Assembly (NCBI RefSeq): GCF_006345805.1
Contig: NC_043010.1
Location: 29,078,001-29,142,000, forward strand
Source: Octopus sinensis
Taxonomy: Eukaryota
DNA length: 64,000 nucleotides
Direction: 5' to 3'
Of this stretch, positions 10,770 to 23,052 are shown piece after piece (the first letter of the stretch is position 1; each line of letters starts with the position of its first letter). Below the pieces are notes generated by a model that had not been told where the DNA came from, ran no database searches, and saw nothing but the letters and a program-made list of their open reading frames with translations. Position numbers and translations under genes: made by a program.

Positions 10770-13700
10770 ACAAAAGACGAAGGCAGGTGGAAAACAAACG
10801 AACAATTGTATTAGTATGGCGCTCAGGAAATATAAATAAAACAAGTCTTTGACGTTTCGAGCCTACGCTCTTCAACAGAAAGATACACAGAGAGAGAAAA
10901 AACACAGAAAGAAGGAGAGAAAAAAAATGCGTGCAGTAGCTAACGAATCAACATGGCGATCTGATTTCGGCCAGAGGTCAAAGATCAAACATGAGACGCG
11001 AGAGCGAAATAAGGGGAGATAATAGGGTTGATAAAAGGGTTGAGGGACCAGCTAAAAGTGCGTGGGAGGGGTCTGGATGTGTGTATGTATAGGGTTGGTG
11101 TATGTATTAGTATGTATAAGGGTGTGTGTGTGTGTGTGTGTGTATGAGAGAGTATTAGTGCGTAAGATTGGTCTGGACGTGCGTATGTATGGGGTTGGTG
11201 TATGTATTAGTATGTATTAGTATGTATTAGTACGTATTGGTATGTATAGGTATGTGTGTGTGTGTGTGAGAGAGTATAAGTGCGTATGCGGGGTCTGGAC
11301 GTGTGTATGTATAGGGTTGGTGTAAGTATTAGTATGTACTAGTATGTATTAGTACGTATTAGTATGTATTTTTAGTTGGTGTGTGTATTAGTATGGCACA
11401 TCATATGTGATGTGATGTGTAAAGTCATGTGGTGTAGTGAGGAGAGAGGGGGAGAAGAGGGGGGGGGAGAAGGGGAGGGGAGGAGAAGGGGGAAGAGGAG
11501 AGGATGGGGGAGAAGGAAGGGGAGGAGGGGGATGAAGGAGGAAAAGGAGGGAGAGGGGGAGAGGGAGTGAGGGAGCAGAGGGAAGGGGAAGAGGGAGGGA
11601 GAAAGAGAAGAGGGAGGAAGGGAGTAGGGGTGAAAGGATGAAGGACTGAAGAAGTAGGGGGGTCGGGGAGAAAGGATAGGTGAGGAGGGGGGAGAGGGGG
11701 GTTAGATGAGGAGGGGGGAGAGTTGAGACCAAATGGCGTATAAGAGCGAAGAGAGAAGATTAATTCCTGTTCACGGCGCAAACGGAATCCGGATGGCCTC
11801 TGTGTAAGGACAAACCGAACACAGATAGGTGTTGCAAGGAGTGACCGGTGGAGCGGAAATGGCGTGAGACCGGTGTGTCGTTCGCAAGGTGGATGTCACG
11901 AAGGTGTTCCGCGAACCGGTCAGCCAAGCGGCGTCCCGTTTGTCCGATGTACAAGGAATTGCAGAGAGAGCAAGAGATGCAATAGATAATATTGCTGGAG
12001 GTGCAGGTGAAGGAGTGGATGATGGGATAGGGTCGATGGTGGGTGCTAGTGAGGCGTGGTGGTGTTGGAGAGGTAAGGGCAAGTGCGGCAACGTGGGCGG
12101 GAGCAGGGGAACGAGCCGGGTTGGGAGGTAGGGTCAGGGAAGGAGCTATGGACCAAAAGGTCTCGAAGGTTGTGGGCTCGTTTGAAAGAGGGGAGGGGTC
12201 GGTTAGGGAAGAGGTGTGAAGTGGACGGGTCGGACTGGAGATGACGGAAAGCTCGAAGAATGGTGCGTTGGAGACGTAGGGTCGTGGGGTGGTAAGTGAG
12301 GGGAAAAGGGAGGCGGGAGACTACAGGGCGGGTTCGGGAGAGAGAGCAGATACACGGTCCACGGACCGTGCTCTGGCAAGGGCGGTGTGGATAGTGGTGA
12401 GGGGGTATCCACGTAGGGTGAAGTGGTGAGCCATACGTTGAGACTGAGTCTCAAAGTCATGGTCGTCACTACAGAGCCTACGTAGACGGAGGAATTGGGA
12501 ATAGGGGATGGAAAGCTTGGTGTGTTCTGGGTGGGAGGAAGAGAAGTTGAGGTATGAGTGTGAGTCTGTGTGTTTGTAGTGAATGGAGGTGGTAAGAGTG
12601 GAGTGAAGAATGCTAACCGAAATGTCGAGGAAGGAGACAGAGGTGTTGGAGATAGTGGAAGTGAAGTGGAGGGCTGGATGGAAAGATTGGACGAAAGAGA
12701 GGAAGGAATCTAGATGTTCGCGGGAGAGTGAGGTGGCACCGATAATGTCGTCAATATAACGACCATATAGTTCAGGAGTGGGACCAGTGAAATTAGAGAA
12801 TATTTGGGCCTCAACATAGCCAACGAACAGGTTCGCATAGTTGGGGCCCATTCGCGTTCCCATGGCCACTCCCGAGACCTGATGGTAGAACTCGCCCGCG
12901 AACGAGAAGCAGTTCAGAGTAAGGACAAGTTCGGCCAGACGAATGAGTGTGGAGGTGTCAGGTACAGGGTTAGAGCGGAGGTCAAGAAGTGTCGAAGGGC
13001 CTGCAGTCCTTCGTGGTGAGGGATAACAGTATAGAGGCTTTGGATGTCCATAGTAAAAAGGATTTTGGAGGAGCCGGGAGGAAAGGAGAAAGAGTTGAAA
13101 AGCCGGAGAGCATGGTTGGTATCGTGGATGTGGGAGGGAAGAGATGCCACTAGGGGGGCAAGGACACGGTCGAGGTATTTAGAGATGAGCTCCGTGGGGC
13201 AGTTACAGGAGGAGACGATGGGGCGGCCAGGGTTGTGGGTTTGTGGATTTTGGGGAGGAAGTAAATGGTGGGGGTACGTGGGGTTCGCACAATTAGGTTG
13301 GATGCGGTGCGGGGGAGACGGGAGGAGGACGAGATGAGGTCTTGGACGGTAGAGGATACCGTCTGTTGGTAGCTACGTGTGGGGTTAGAGGGCAGAGGGG
13401 AATAGAAGGAGGTGTCATTGAGTTGGCGGAAAGCCTCGGCCCTATAGAGGTCCGCGCGCCACACCACTACAGCTCCACCCTTGTCAGCCGGTTTGATGAT
13501 AATGTCAGCGCGCCGTTGGAGGGAACGAAGAGCCAAGAGCTCAGCCGGGGAGATGTTGAGGCGGCGTTGGCGTCTGGAGGAGAAGTTGAACCGCTCCAAT
13601 GCACGCTGACAAGCGCCCGCGAAAAGATCCACTGCTAGGATCTGGCCAGGGGCAGGCGTCCACGGGGATGGTCGGCGGCCCAGGCCAGTGAAGCAGTCGT

Positions 13701-14490
13701 CCTCTTCGTGGGGTGTGGGTGGCGAGTCGTGGTAATGCGCACCAACCGGACACGGCGCACAAAGCTGTGGACATCAACTCGCGTCTGGAATTCCTTACAG
13801 GATGGAGTGAGGGGGATGAAACGCAGACCCCTACCAAGGACGGAGCGTTCAGCCGCAGAGAGGGGAAGATCGGGGGGAATGGTAACAACAGACGGAAGTG
13901 GAGAAGGGGTGGGTGGAATAGAAGTAGGAGGGGTGGTAGGTCTCGTGGAGGTCTGAGGGGGAGGGATTGGGGAGGGGGTGTGGGGGGGTTGGGCGGGGCA
14001 GTAGGGTTAGGTGTAGGTGGATGGAGCCTAACGGGAGGGGGGGAGAAGGGGTTGTAGGAGGGGCAGGGGGGTTAGGTGTGGGTGGATGGAGCCTATCGGG
14101 AGGGGAGAAGGGTGGTGGAGGAGTTGGGGTAGTGGCGTCGGGTAGGGTGGAATGGAAGAGTGATTGGAGTTTACGAAGAGTTTGGTATCAGAAAGAAATT
14201 GATGGAAGAGTTGATTCAAATGGATAATGAAGCGTAGCGTGTTTGGAGCATAGAGAGGCGGCAGAGAGGAGAAGAAGTGGAGAGAAAGCAGGAGGAAGAA
14301 GGCGGTTGATGGCATGTAGTTTGGAGAGATTGGAGCGAATGGTGGCCCGCATAAGGCGGTAAGATGTGGTGCGGAGTATGGGTAAGATGGAAGAATCCGA
14401 GTGGAGAGCAGGGTGGAAGTGGAGGCGGAAACCTTTAGGGATGAGTCGGTGATGTAGGCAGCGGCTTAGGAAAGAGACATGGCTAGAGAA
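10770..14490 (-). mobile_element. Near full-length Penelope-like element (Neptune-like), frameshifted
   Basis: HHRLIPKG N-terminus, IIIKPADKGGAVVVW, FTMDIQSLYTVIPH, MAMGTRMGPNYANLF, RYIDD, KHTDSHSYLNFSSSHP, Cys linker PRCRTC, and GIY-YIG NIIYCISCSLCNSLYIGQTGRRLADRFAEH. Confidence 0.93.
10846..10883 (-). ncRNA. Minimal type-I hammerhead-like motif with a variant core (CUGUUGA)
   Basis: Minus strand: TCTTT-CTGTTGA-A-GAGC-gtag-GCTC-GAAACGTC-AAAGA. Stems I and II pair; stem III is the palindrome ACGT. Located at the PLE 3' end. Confidence 0.55.
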
Positions 14491-14658
14491 GCGGGTTTTT
14501 TAAAAAAGAAGTAGAGAGAGATTAACGGACGGCTGAAGGCAATATACAGGAAACGAACGTGTGTGTGTGTGTGGTGTGTGTGTGTGTGTGTGGTGTGTGT
14601 GTGTGTGTGTGTTACGTAAATTTGTTTTTGAAGCGTTGAAATGTATTGTATACAGATA

Positions 14659-14981
14659 AAGACTCCGCCGGTTACGACGACGAGGGTCCCAGCTGATACG
14701 ATCAACGGAACAGCTTGCTCGTGAAATTAACGTGAAAATGGCTGAGCATTCCACAGACACGTGTACCCTTAACGTAGTTCTCGGGGATAATCAGCGTGAC
14801 ACAGAGAGTGACAAGGCTGACCCTTTGAAATACAAGTACAACTCATTTTTGCCAGCTGAGTGGACTGGAGCAACGTGAAATAAAGTGTCTTGCTCAAGGA
14901 CACAACGCGTCGCCGGGAATCGAACTCACAACCTTACGATCATGAGCCGAATGCCCTAACCACTAAGCCACGCGCCCTCAC
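14659..14981 (-). mobile_element. tRNA-derived SINE (family C) with 12-bp TSD
   Basis: tRNA-like head on the minus strand (gtggcttagtggttagg..gagttcgattcc). TSD tgtatacagata at 14647-14658 and 14982-14993. Related copies at 42612-42935 and about 845-915. Confidence 0.9.
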
Positions 14982-15399
14982 TGTATACAGATACACATTG
15001 ATCCGATGTCGTGTCAGTTCCTTTTAAAAGACAAGCCAAGTCAGCCATGCGCCAACAGCTTCCTGCCCAATCACGCGGTCCAAGAAATTCTCCATTCTGT
15101 TGTAGGTAGTGTCGGTGGAATTTTTATTTCATTTCTAATAACATCATGTGAGCTGCCTTTACTAGTAGCAACTCAGTTTCCGGTATCCATCTTGGGTTTT
15201 TCACCCATCTCAATTCGGTTAACTTTGCCTGACGAGCTGGTTTTCTGTAAGAACTCTGTGAAGCGTTAATTTGTATGGGGCCTAATCAAACTCTTTTAAA
15301 GGATATATGTAACTCCTGCTAAATGTGTTGAGGGCGTTTTTCTTTCGTTTGTCCAATCGCCAGTACATACATGCATAGATACATATACATACATGTATG

Positions 15400-15433
<34 letters not shown>

Positions 15434-15574
15434 TGTATGTATGTATGTATGTATGTATGCGTGTGTGTATGTATGTATGTGTGTGTGTGTGTATGTATGT
15501 ATGTGTGTCTGTGTGTGTCTGAGTGTCTGTGTACGTGGATATACATAAAATGATATATAATTCTCTTTTTACAG

Positions 15575-15605
15575 GCATGTTTATTTGGTGGATATTATAC
15601 TGTAG
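15575..15605 (+). CDS. Candidate 31-nt micro-exon (ACLFGGYYTV, phase 0 to 1)
   Basis: Acceptor ttctctttttacag, consensus donor AG|GTAAGT; phase 1 end matches the module exons. Reading frame is inferred. Confidence 0.5.
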
Positions 15606-17032
15606 GTAAGTTAAATTTTCTTCTCCTATATCTTCATAAAATAATTAGACATTCACTAAGTCCGGCACTAACGCTCTGGACGCAAGCTAATAGTGAGACT
15701 ATTTGTGTTATTTTCAACATAACTATTGTCTTTTGTACGTTGTAGGAAAGCCAGGATAGCTATTTAAGGACGTATATACAGTTCTATACAATTTAGATTT
15801 TCTAATATACCATTTTCATAATTCTTGAGAGATTCCTCTATCACCTGGTTACTGATACAGTTACATACCAAACCATAGATGTACGTATAATGGTGAAGGA
15901 TATGGATGTCGCTGATAAAGCAGAAAAAGCGGTACTTCATATTTCCCTCGAAATATTTCTTGAGGCATCGAGTTATAGATACGTATTGACATATCACTCT
16001 AAAAATAGTTTGACACTCTACAGCATGGCTGGCGAAGTCATTGCACACTAGCAAAATCTCTAAAAATCTAAACGAACTGATTCAAACGATTAGATTAATA
16101 CAGGAATTAAATTAATTTAAAAGACCAATGGACTTATAAAATATTTTTCACAGAGCGTGGCTGCAATATCCCAGACGTAAAATTAAAGCCAAACAACTGA
16201 GCATCCCATCATTTGTTTTGGAATATATCCAATACCATATTATTAAATGACTCCTTCCCTAATTTTAATGCAGTGCAGGAATAATTTGAAGTAGATTTTC
16301 GCTTTTCATAGCGCAACATTATATTAATATTTGATAGTTCGATCATGAAATTTTAGGATGGCCTAGGAAAACGACAGCTGAGCGGAAGATTATTTCCATT
16401 GTGAGGAACAGCTGCTCTGACATATAACTCACTAGATTTATACAATCTGTCCAGTGGCAAATCACGACAAATGAGTTTGTCTGAAAATGAAGGAACTTAC
16501 AAAAATGGATACAGTAATCACCATGTCCCACAATATTTTCAAACTTGATGTTTGTCCTGGCTACAAAATGTAACATCTAAGACAACATGATAGTTAAGTT
16601 ACTACTTGCATCAGTTACACACATTGACCCGCTGCCACCAAATTGGAAGATGTGGAGATGAAGATTATCATTTTTTCCTGGCATCTTTTGAATGAAATGT
16701 GAACGTGCCACTAAATATACACACCGTGCATGTGTGGCCATAGATTCCTTTGAGTTCATTCGTATTTTGACGGGTTTGGTTTTTAATCCTGTGTGGTACC
16801 CAAAATCACACTTTTAACGAAGTAAGTTTGAATTAAAATGGTCTTGTAAATTAGTCGTTGACGATTTGGCAACACAAGATGTACTAAGTTATATGTTATT
16901 GGAAACATTCCAAAGTGACTTATGATATATTTAAATACAGATAAATAGAAAAAGTAGTATTTTTGTGCTTCTTTCCCTTCATATTTTTGTCAAAGCAACT
17001 CAATATTAATACCATTTTATTTTGTTTTATAG

Positions 17033-17281
17033 GGATTGGAACCTATAAAATATTTCTAAATAAAAATATAACTGGACTAAAACACGTACAAAAAGTGAAA
17101 CGCTTATCGGAATGCGTGAACGCGTGTGGAAACACGAGAGACTGTACCTGCTTATATTACCAACAGTCTAATTCTTCATGCAGTTTTTTCGATTCATATG
17201 ACTGTAATAGAATTTTAAATTCTAAATTACCGGAAACAAATGATACCACTACCGTACTGATGGTTCATCATGATGGGAAAG
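17033..17281 (+). CDS. Exon A1: PAN/Apple-like module (phase 1-1, 249 nt)
   Basis: ttttgttttatag acceptor, G|GTAAGT donor. ECVNACGNTRDCTCLYYQQSNSSCSFFDSYDC fits C-x3-C-x5-C..Y..C; N-glycosylation sequons NIT, NSS, NDT. Confidence 0.85.
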
Positions 17282-17688
17282 GTAAGTGAATAGCTTATTT
17301 ATTCATGTGATTCTTCGTTAACTAATTAAGAAGTTCTGGGTTTACAAGTGAGAAAGATTGGCTGTTGGCAAACTATTGATAAGTCGAGACAGCACTCAAA
17401 TTTCAAGTTGTATGAAAATTATTTTCAACATCACCTTTGTCTTTTGTACGTTGGGAATCGCATGAATATCAAAAAGTTGTATAATATATTTCTTTTACTT
17501 TCTTTCTACTTCTTCCTTTCGCCCTTTCTTCTTTCTTTTTTCTGTCTTCATTTCTTTTTTCTCTTTTCCCACAGTCTTCTTTTCTAATATATTATTTGTT
17601 GTTCTTTCTTTATTTCTTCCTTTTCTTTCACCCTTTCTTTTCGTTTCTGTCTGATGACCCTTATTCTGTTTTCTAATCTTTATTGTAG

Positions 17689-17919
17689 GCAAAATAAAGA
17701 GAAGCAGTGATTACCAAAAAATCAACAGCAGTGTGAAACATCTAAATATTACCTTCCATGATTGGTTTTGTGAAAATCTATGTTCTTTGAGTCTGAACTG
17801 CTGTGGTTATTCTTATCAGTATGGCCGGTGTCAGTTACTTGCCATGAATTATTGTTACAAATCCACAAAAGTCCTCCTCTCTGATGGAAGCTTTATTGAT
17901 CTAAGTACACCCATAAAAT
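17689..17919 (+). CDS. Exon B1: PAN/Apple-like module (phase 1-1, 231 nt)
   Basis: ctttattgtag acceptor, T|GTAAGC donor. FCENLCSLSLNCCGYSYQYGRCQLLAMNYC has the same C-x3-C-x5-C spacing; sequons NSS, NIT. Confidence 0.8.
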
Positions 17920-19465
17920 GTAAGCGGTTAGTTTTATGTTAAAATGTATTTGATTTTTAAAAAAAATATTTTATAAGAAATGTTAGCGTAATACTTATGA
18001 CCCTGTTCAGTGTACTTGTGACTGTTGATAGAGAACAGAGGAAGTTATTCTCAAGCAAGAGACTTGATCACAGTGCTTGCAACTCCCACTAATGTAACCC
18101 AAGGACCAGGTAAAAGTGTAAAACTTAGTGATGGATTGTCTATCAACCATCAAGAGAATGTTCTCTTCGACAGACTTCCACACATATTTTCTTACCTAGC
18201 AGTTTCCACCTGCACGAGATTTGCGGCTAGGATATGTGTATGCGAGACTTTGTGGGTGTGTGTGTTTGTCTGCATGCATTTATATGTATATACATGTATG
18301 TGTGGGTATAATACAAGTGAGAAGACGAAGAATGAATTTATCACAAATTTATTAGTTACAATTGTTTCGGTACAACTTCGCTTCGAACGCCATTGCACGC
18401 AAACTGGATGTAACACGTGTGGTTGGTTAAGGCGGCGAGCTGGCAGAAACGTTAGCGCACCGGTCGAAATGCTTAGCAGTATTTCGTCTGTCTTTACGTT
18501 GTGAGTTCAATTCCGCCGAGGTCGACTTTGTCTTTCATCCTTTCCGGGTCGGTAAATTAAGTACCAGTTGTGTACTGGAGTCGATATAATCGACTTAATC
18601 CGTTTGTCTATCCTTGTATGTCCTCTCTGTGTTTATCCCCTTGTGAGTAGTAAAGAAATAGGTATTTCGTCTGTCGTTACGTTCTGAGTTCAAATTCCGC
18701 CGGGGTCGACTTTACCTTTAACCCTTTCGGGGTTGATAAATTAAGTACCAGTTGTATACTGGAGTCGATCTAATCGACTAGCCCCCTACCCCCACAATTT
18801 CGGGCCTTGTGCCTTGAGCAGAAAAGAATATGTGTGGTTGGTTGCATGGAGTAACACTTGATGAGACCAGCATCATGTTCTGCGTTCTTATATTGTACGA
18901 TGTACATATGTTCTATGTTCCTTATATAGTGGGGGACCTGATGATAAGTATGTAATTATGATAAAAATCATGTATAAAATGAAATAAAAACAAGACACCA
19001 ATAGTGATGATAAAAACAAGAAAATAAAGATGAGTAAACAGAACAACCCCCAAAGAATTATAAACTAGCATCGATACAAGAGTCATCTTAGTGGTACCAG
19101 TGCCACAGAATGTATATTGGCAGTATACAGTTTGGAGTGAATCGCAAATATAAATAGTGGCGGGCCACGGTGAGAAAATAATGAAACTAGCAACAATTAT
19201 TGGATGGAGGAGGGAAAGATGATGGAAGAATGGGGGAGAATGTTGTAGGGATAAAATATATAGATATACATCAAAACATTTACCAGTAACCTTCGGCGCT
19301 GGCAGCGGAATGTGACGGTGAAAACAGATTTCACAGAAATAAGTTGGTTAAAAATAAATGAATTAAACTAAAATAAATTTAAATTAGAAAATGGTAAATT
19401 AGAATAAGTTTAAATTAAAGTGAAAATTAAATATTAGTATGTATAAATATTAAACGAACAGACAT

Positions 19466-19985
19466 TAGGTTGTTTCGAAAATAATGGCCGCTTTAAGAGT
19501 TGTGTTTTAAAACGCAATTTTATCATAGTTTTTAAATTGTATTTTAGGTTAATTTCAACATAATTAATAATTGATGTATGCTCCTTAATAATTTTCTACT
19601 TATTTCGGACATAAAACTTTCTTGAAGCATAGGCGCCCATAATTATGAACATGAAAAAAAAGACCTTTGCTTACTTTTTTCTTGCATGAGTTCAAGCTTG
19701 GACACAATGCCTCCCAAACTGCTGTCACTATCAACAGAGCATGGGAAGAGGGGTCCACAAGTACGAAGGTGGTTTCAGAAATTCCGTAGTGAGGATGAGG
19801 GCCTTGAAGATCAAGAAGGTAGAGGACGGTCATGCAGTCTTGACAATGAACAAAACCCACGTCAAAGTGTCAGAGAAATGTCTCAGGCACATGATGTCGG
19901 TATTGCAACGGTCTTATGCAATCTGCAGAAGACTGGTAAGGCGAAAAACTCAATAAATGGGTACCGCATGAGCTCAGTGAAAATA
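19466..19985 (+). mobile_element. Truncated mariner (Hsmar1-like 5' half)
   Basis: TIR-like ttaggttgtttcgaaaataatggccg; FKLGHNASQTA..VRRWFQKFRSEDEGLEDQEGRGR. Confidence 0.75.
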
Positions 19986-19999
19986 AAAAAATAAGAATA

Positions 20000-20612
20000 T
20001 AAAAAATCTTTGGGTTTATGGAAGGCGTTCGTGTGGTGCTCATACGATGGCAAAGAGGTGGCGATTCGTTGCAGTTACACGATACGAATGCAAAAAAACA
20101 ATGTTGTCAGACAGCTGCTACAAACGGACCAGCGGAAAGGCAGGTTAGGTATCACATATTTGAGGACGTTTCTGCTGCCTTCGATTACCTCAAGTATTTT
20201 TATTCATAACATTAAAGTGACCAATTCAACGGAAAGGATACCAATTTACAAGACACATGGCGGCTACATCTTGCATGAACCCCCTTGACGGCAATATTCA
20301 ACTGCTGACCATTAACCTCCTTCAACTGGGAGCAATCTATCGCTCAAAATCTTCCCTCAGAGGAAACGCTGAAATTGTTCAACTCATTCTCTTCCTATAC
20401 GTTTATCTGTATGCTTCATTCTATGGCTTCATTCGCAAGTGTATGGTTCTGATCTGCACTGGGCTGAAGAGTAAGGTGTTGAAATCAGAAGAGCATTGCG
20501 TGAACGCGGTAGCCGAGGTTGGGCTCAAAATTTTCTCAAGTGTAAGGCCTCATCTTTCCGCAGTTGAATGGTAATTTATTAAGACCCATGCAACGCCGGG
20601 AACTACTGCTAG
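20000..20612 (+). mobile_element. Helitron-like fragment ending in hairpin plus CTAG
   Basis: cccatgcaacgccgggaactactgCTAGt at 20586-20613. 5' limit unknown. Confidence 0.5.
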
Positions 20613-21692
20613 TCACTCTATAAAATAGTTTGACACTCTCCAGCATGGCTGGTAAAGACATTTCAAATGAGCAAAGTTCTGAAAACCTAAATGAACTCAT
20701 TTAAACATTAAGATCAAAATACTAATTAGATATAACTGAATACCTATGATCTTCTGATATCAAAATATAAATTTTTTTCACGGCATGGATACAATATCCC
20801 AGATTCTACAGCAAACGTAAAATCAATGCCAAACAATTCTTGGACATCCCATCATATTTCTAGAATATATGAAGGACTACATTAATAAATGAGTCTTTCC
20901 CGATTTTTTCTACACTGCAGGAATAATTTGAAGTAGATATTCGCTTTTGATAGCACAATATAATACTATTATGTGGTAGTTCGATCATGAAATTTGACGA
21001 TATTGAAGGAAGATGACAGTCGAGCGGAAGATTATTTCCATCGTGAGGAACAGCTGCTCTGACATATAACTCACTAGCATTTATACAATCTGTCCAGTGG
21101 CAAATCAAAACAAATGAGTTTGTCTGAAAATGAAGGAACTTACAAAAATGGATACAGTAATCACCATGTCCCACAATATTTTCAAACTTGATGTTTGTCC
21201 TGGCTACAAAATGTAACATCTAAGACAACATGATAGTTAAGTTACTACTTGCATCAGTTACACACATTGACCCGCTGCCACCAAATTGGAAGATGTGGAA
21301 ATGAAGATTATCATTTTTCCTGGCATCTTTTGAATGAAATGTGAACGTGCCACTAAATATACACACCGTGCATGTGTATATATCATTGGATGGCCTTAGA
21401 TTCCTTTGAGTTCATTCGTATTTTGACGGGTTTGGTTCTTAACCCTGTGTGGTACCCAAAATCACACTTTTAACGAAGTAAGTTTGAATGAAAATGGTCT
21501 TGTAAATTAGTCGTTGACGATTTGGCAACACAAGATGTTGTACTAAGTTATATGTTATTGGAAACATTCACAAATGACTTATGATATATTTAAATACAGA
21601 TAAAAAGGAAAGAGTAGTATTTTTGTGCTTCTTTCCCTGCATATTTTTGTCAAAGCAACTCAATATTAATACCATTTTATTTTGTTTTATAG

Positions 21693-21941
21693 GGTTTGGA
21701 GCCTATGAAATAATTCTAAATAAAAATATAACTGGACTAAAACACGTACAAAAAGTGAAACGCTTATCGGAATGCGTGAGCGCGTGTGGAAACACGAGAG
21801 ACTGTACCTGCTTATATTACCAACAGTCTAATTCTTCATGCAGTTTTTTCGATTCATATGACTGTAATAGAATTTTAAATTCTAAATTACCGGAAACAAA
21901 TGATACCACTACCGTATTGATGGTTCGTCAAGATGGGAAAG
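21693..21941 (+). CDS. Exon A2: duplicated PAN/Apple-like module (phase 1-1)
   Basis: Same splice sites as A1, open frame, 8 substitutions relative to A1. Confidence 0.83.
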
Positions 21942-22337
21942 GTAAGTGAATAGCTTATTTATTCATGTGATTCTTCGTTAACTAATTAAGAAGTTCTGGG
22001 TTTACAAGTGAGAAAGATTGGCTGTTGGCAAAGTCGAGACAGCACTCAAATTTCAAGTTGTATGAAAATTATTTTCAACATCACCTTTGTCTTTTGTACG
22101 TTGGGAATCGCATGAATATCAAAAAGTTGTATAATATATTTCTTTTACTTTCTTTCTACTTCTTCCTTTCGCCCTTTCTTCTTTCTTTTTTCTGTCTTCT
22201 TTTCTTTTTTCTCTTTCCCACAGTCTTCTTTTCTAATATATTATTTGTTGTTCTTTCTTTATTTCTTCCTTTTCTTTCACCCTTTCTTTTCGTTTCTGTC
22301 TGATGACCCTTATTCTGTTTTCTAAACTTTATTGTAG

Positions 22338-22577
22338 GCAAAATAAAGAGAAGCAGAGATTACCAAAAAATCAACAGCAGTGTGAAACATCCAAATATTA
22401 CCTTCCGTGATTGGAATCAATGGTTTTGTGAAAATCTATGTTCTTGGAGTCTGAACTGCTGTGGTTATTCTTATCAGTATGGCCGGTGTCAGTTACTTGT
22501 CATGAATTATTGTTACAAATCCACAAAAGTCCTCCTCTCCGATGGAAGCTTTATTGATCTAAGTACACCCATAAAAT
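22338..22577 (+). CDS. Exon B2: duplicated PAN/Apple-like module (phase 1-1, 240 nt)
   Basis: Same splice sites as B1, open frame, 6 substitutions and an in-frame 9-nt indel (NQW). Confidence 0.8.
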
Positions 22578-22916
22578 GTAAGCGGTTAGTTTTACGTTAA
22601 AATGTATTTGTCTTTTTTAAAACATTTTATAAGAAATGTTAGCGTAATACTTATGACCCTGTTCAGTGTATTTGTGACTGTTGATAGAGAACAGAGGAAG
22701 TTATTCTCAAGCAAGAGACTTGATCACAGTGCTTGCAACTCCCACTAATGTAACCCAAGGATCAGGTAAAAGTGTAAAACTTAGTGTTGGATTGTCTATC
22801 AACCACCAAGAGAATGTTCTCTTCGACAGACTTCCACACATATTTTCTTACCTAGCAGTTTCCTCCTGCACGAGATTTGCGGCTAGGATATGTGTATGCG
22901 AGACTTTGTGTGCGTG

Positions 22917-22965
<49 letters not shown>

Positions 22966-22971
22966 ACGTGC

Positions 22972-23052
<81 letters not shown>

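Noticed and set aside
15006-15269. 87-aa ORF and CCAAT-like motif as an alternative gene start
   Set aside because: No convincing signal peptide with a strong phase-compatible donor; promoter motifs alone are not diagnostic.
16343-16759. Cys-containing minus-strand ORFs (MLHFVARTN.., MNSKESM..), also 15764-16054
   Set aside because: The duplicate copy has 1-bp indels in both of the first two ORFs, there is no clear domain pattern, and they are antisense to the supported gene.
16743-16827. Conserved AA|GTAAGT donor upstream of exon A (also near 21481)
   Set aside because: The frame compatible with phase 1 has a TAA just before the donor; no coding exon can be built.
18025-18504. 159-aa ORF and its 188-aa duplicate at 22681-23247
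   Set aside because: They run through microsatellite and SINE sequence. Phase-1 splicing from exon B at the nearby AG sites gives stops; the similarity reflects only the recent duplication.
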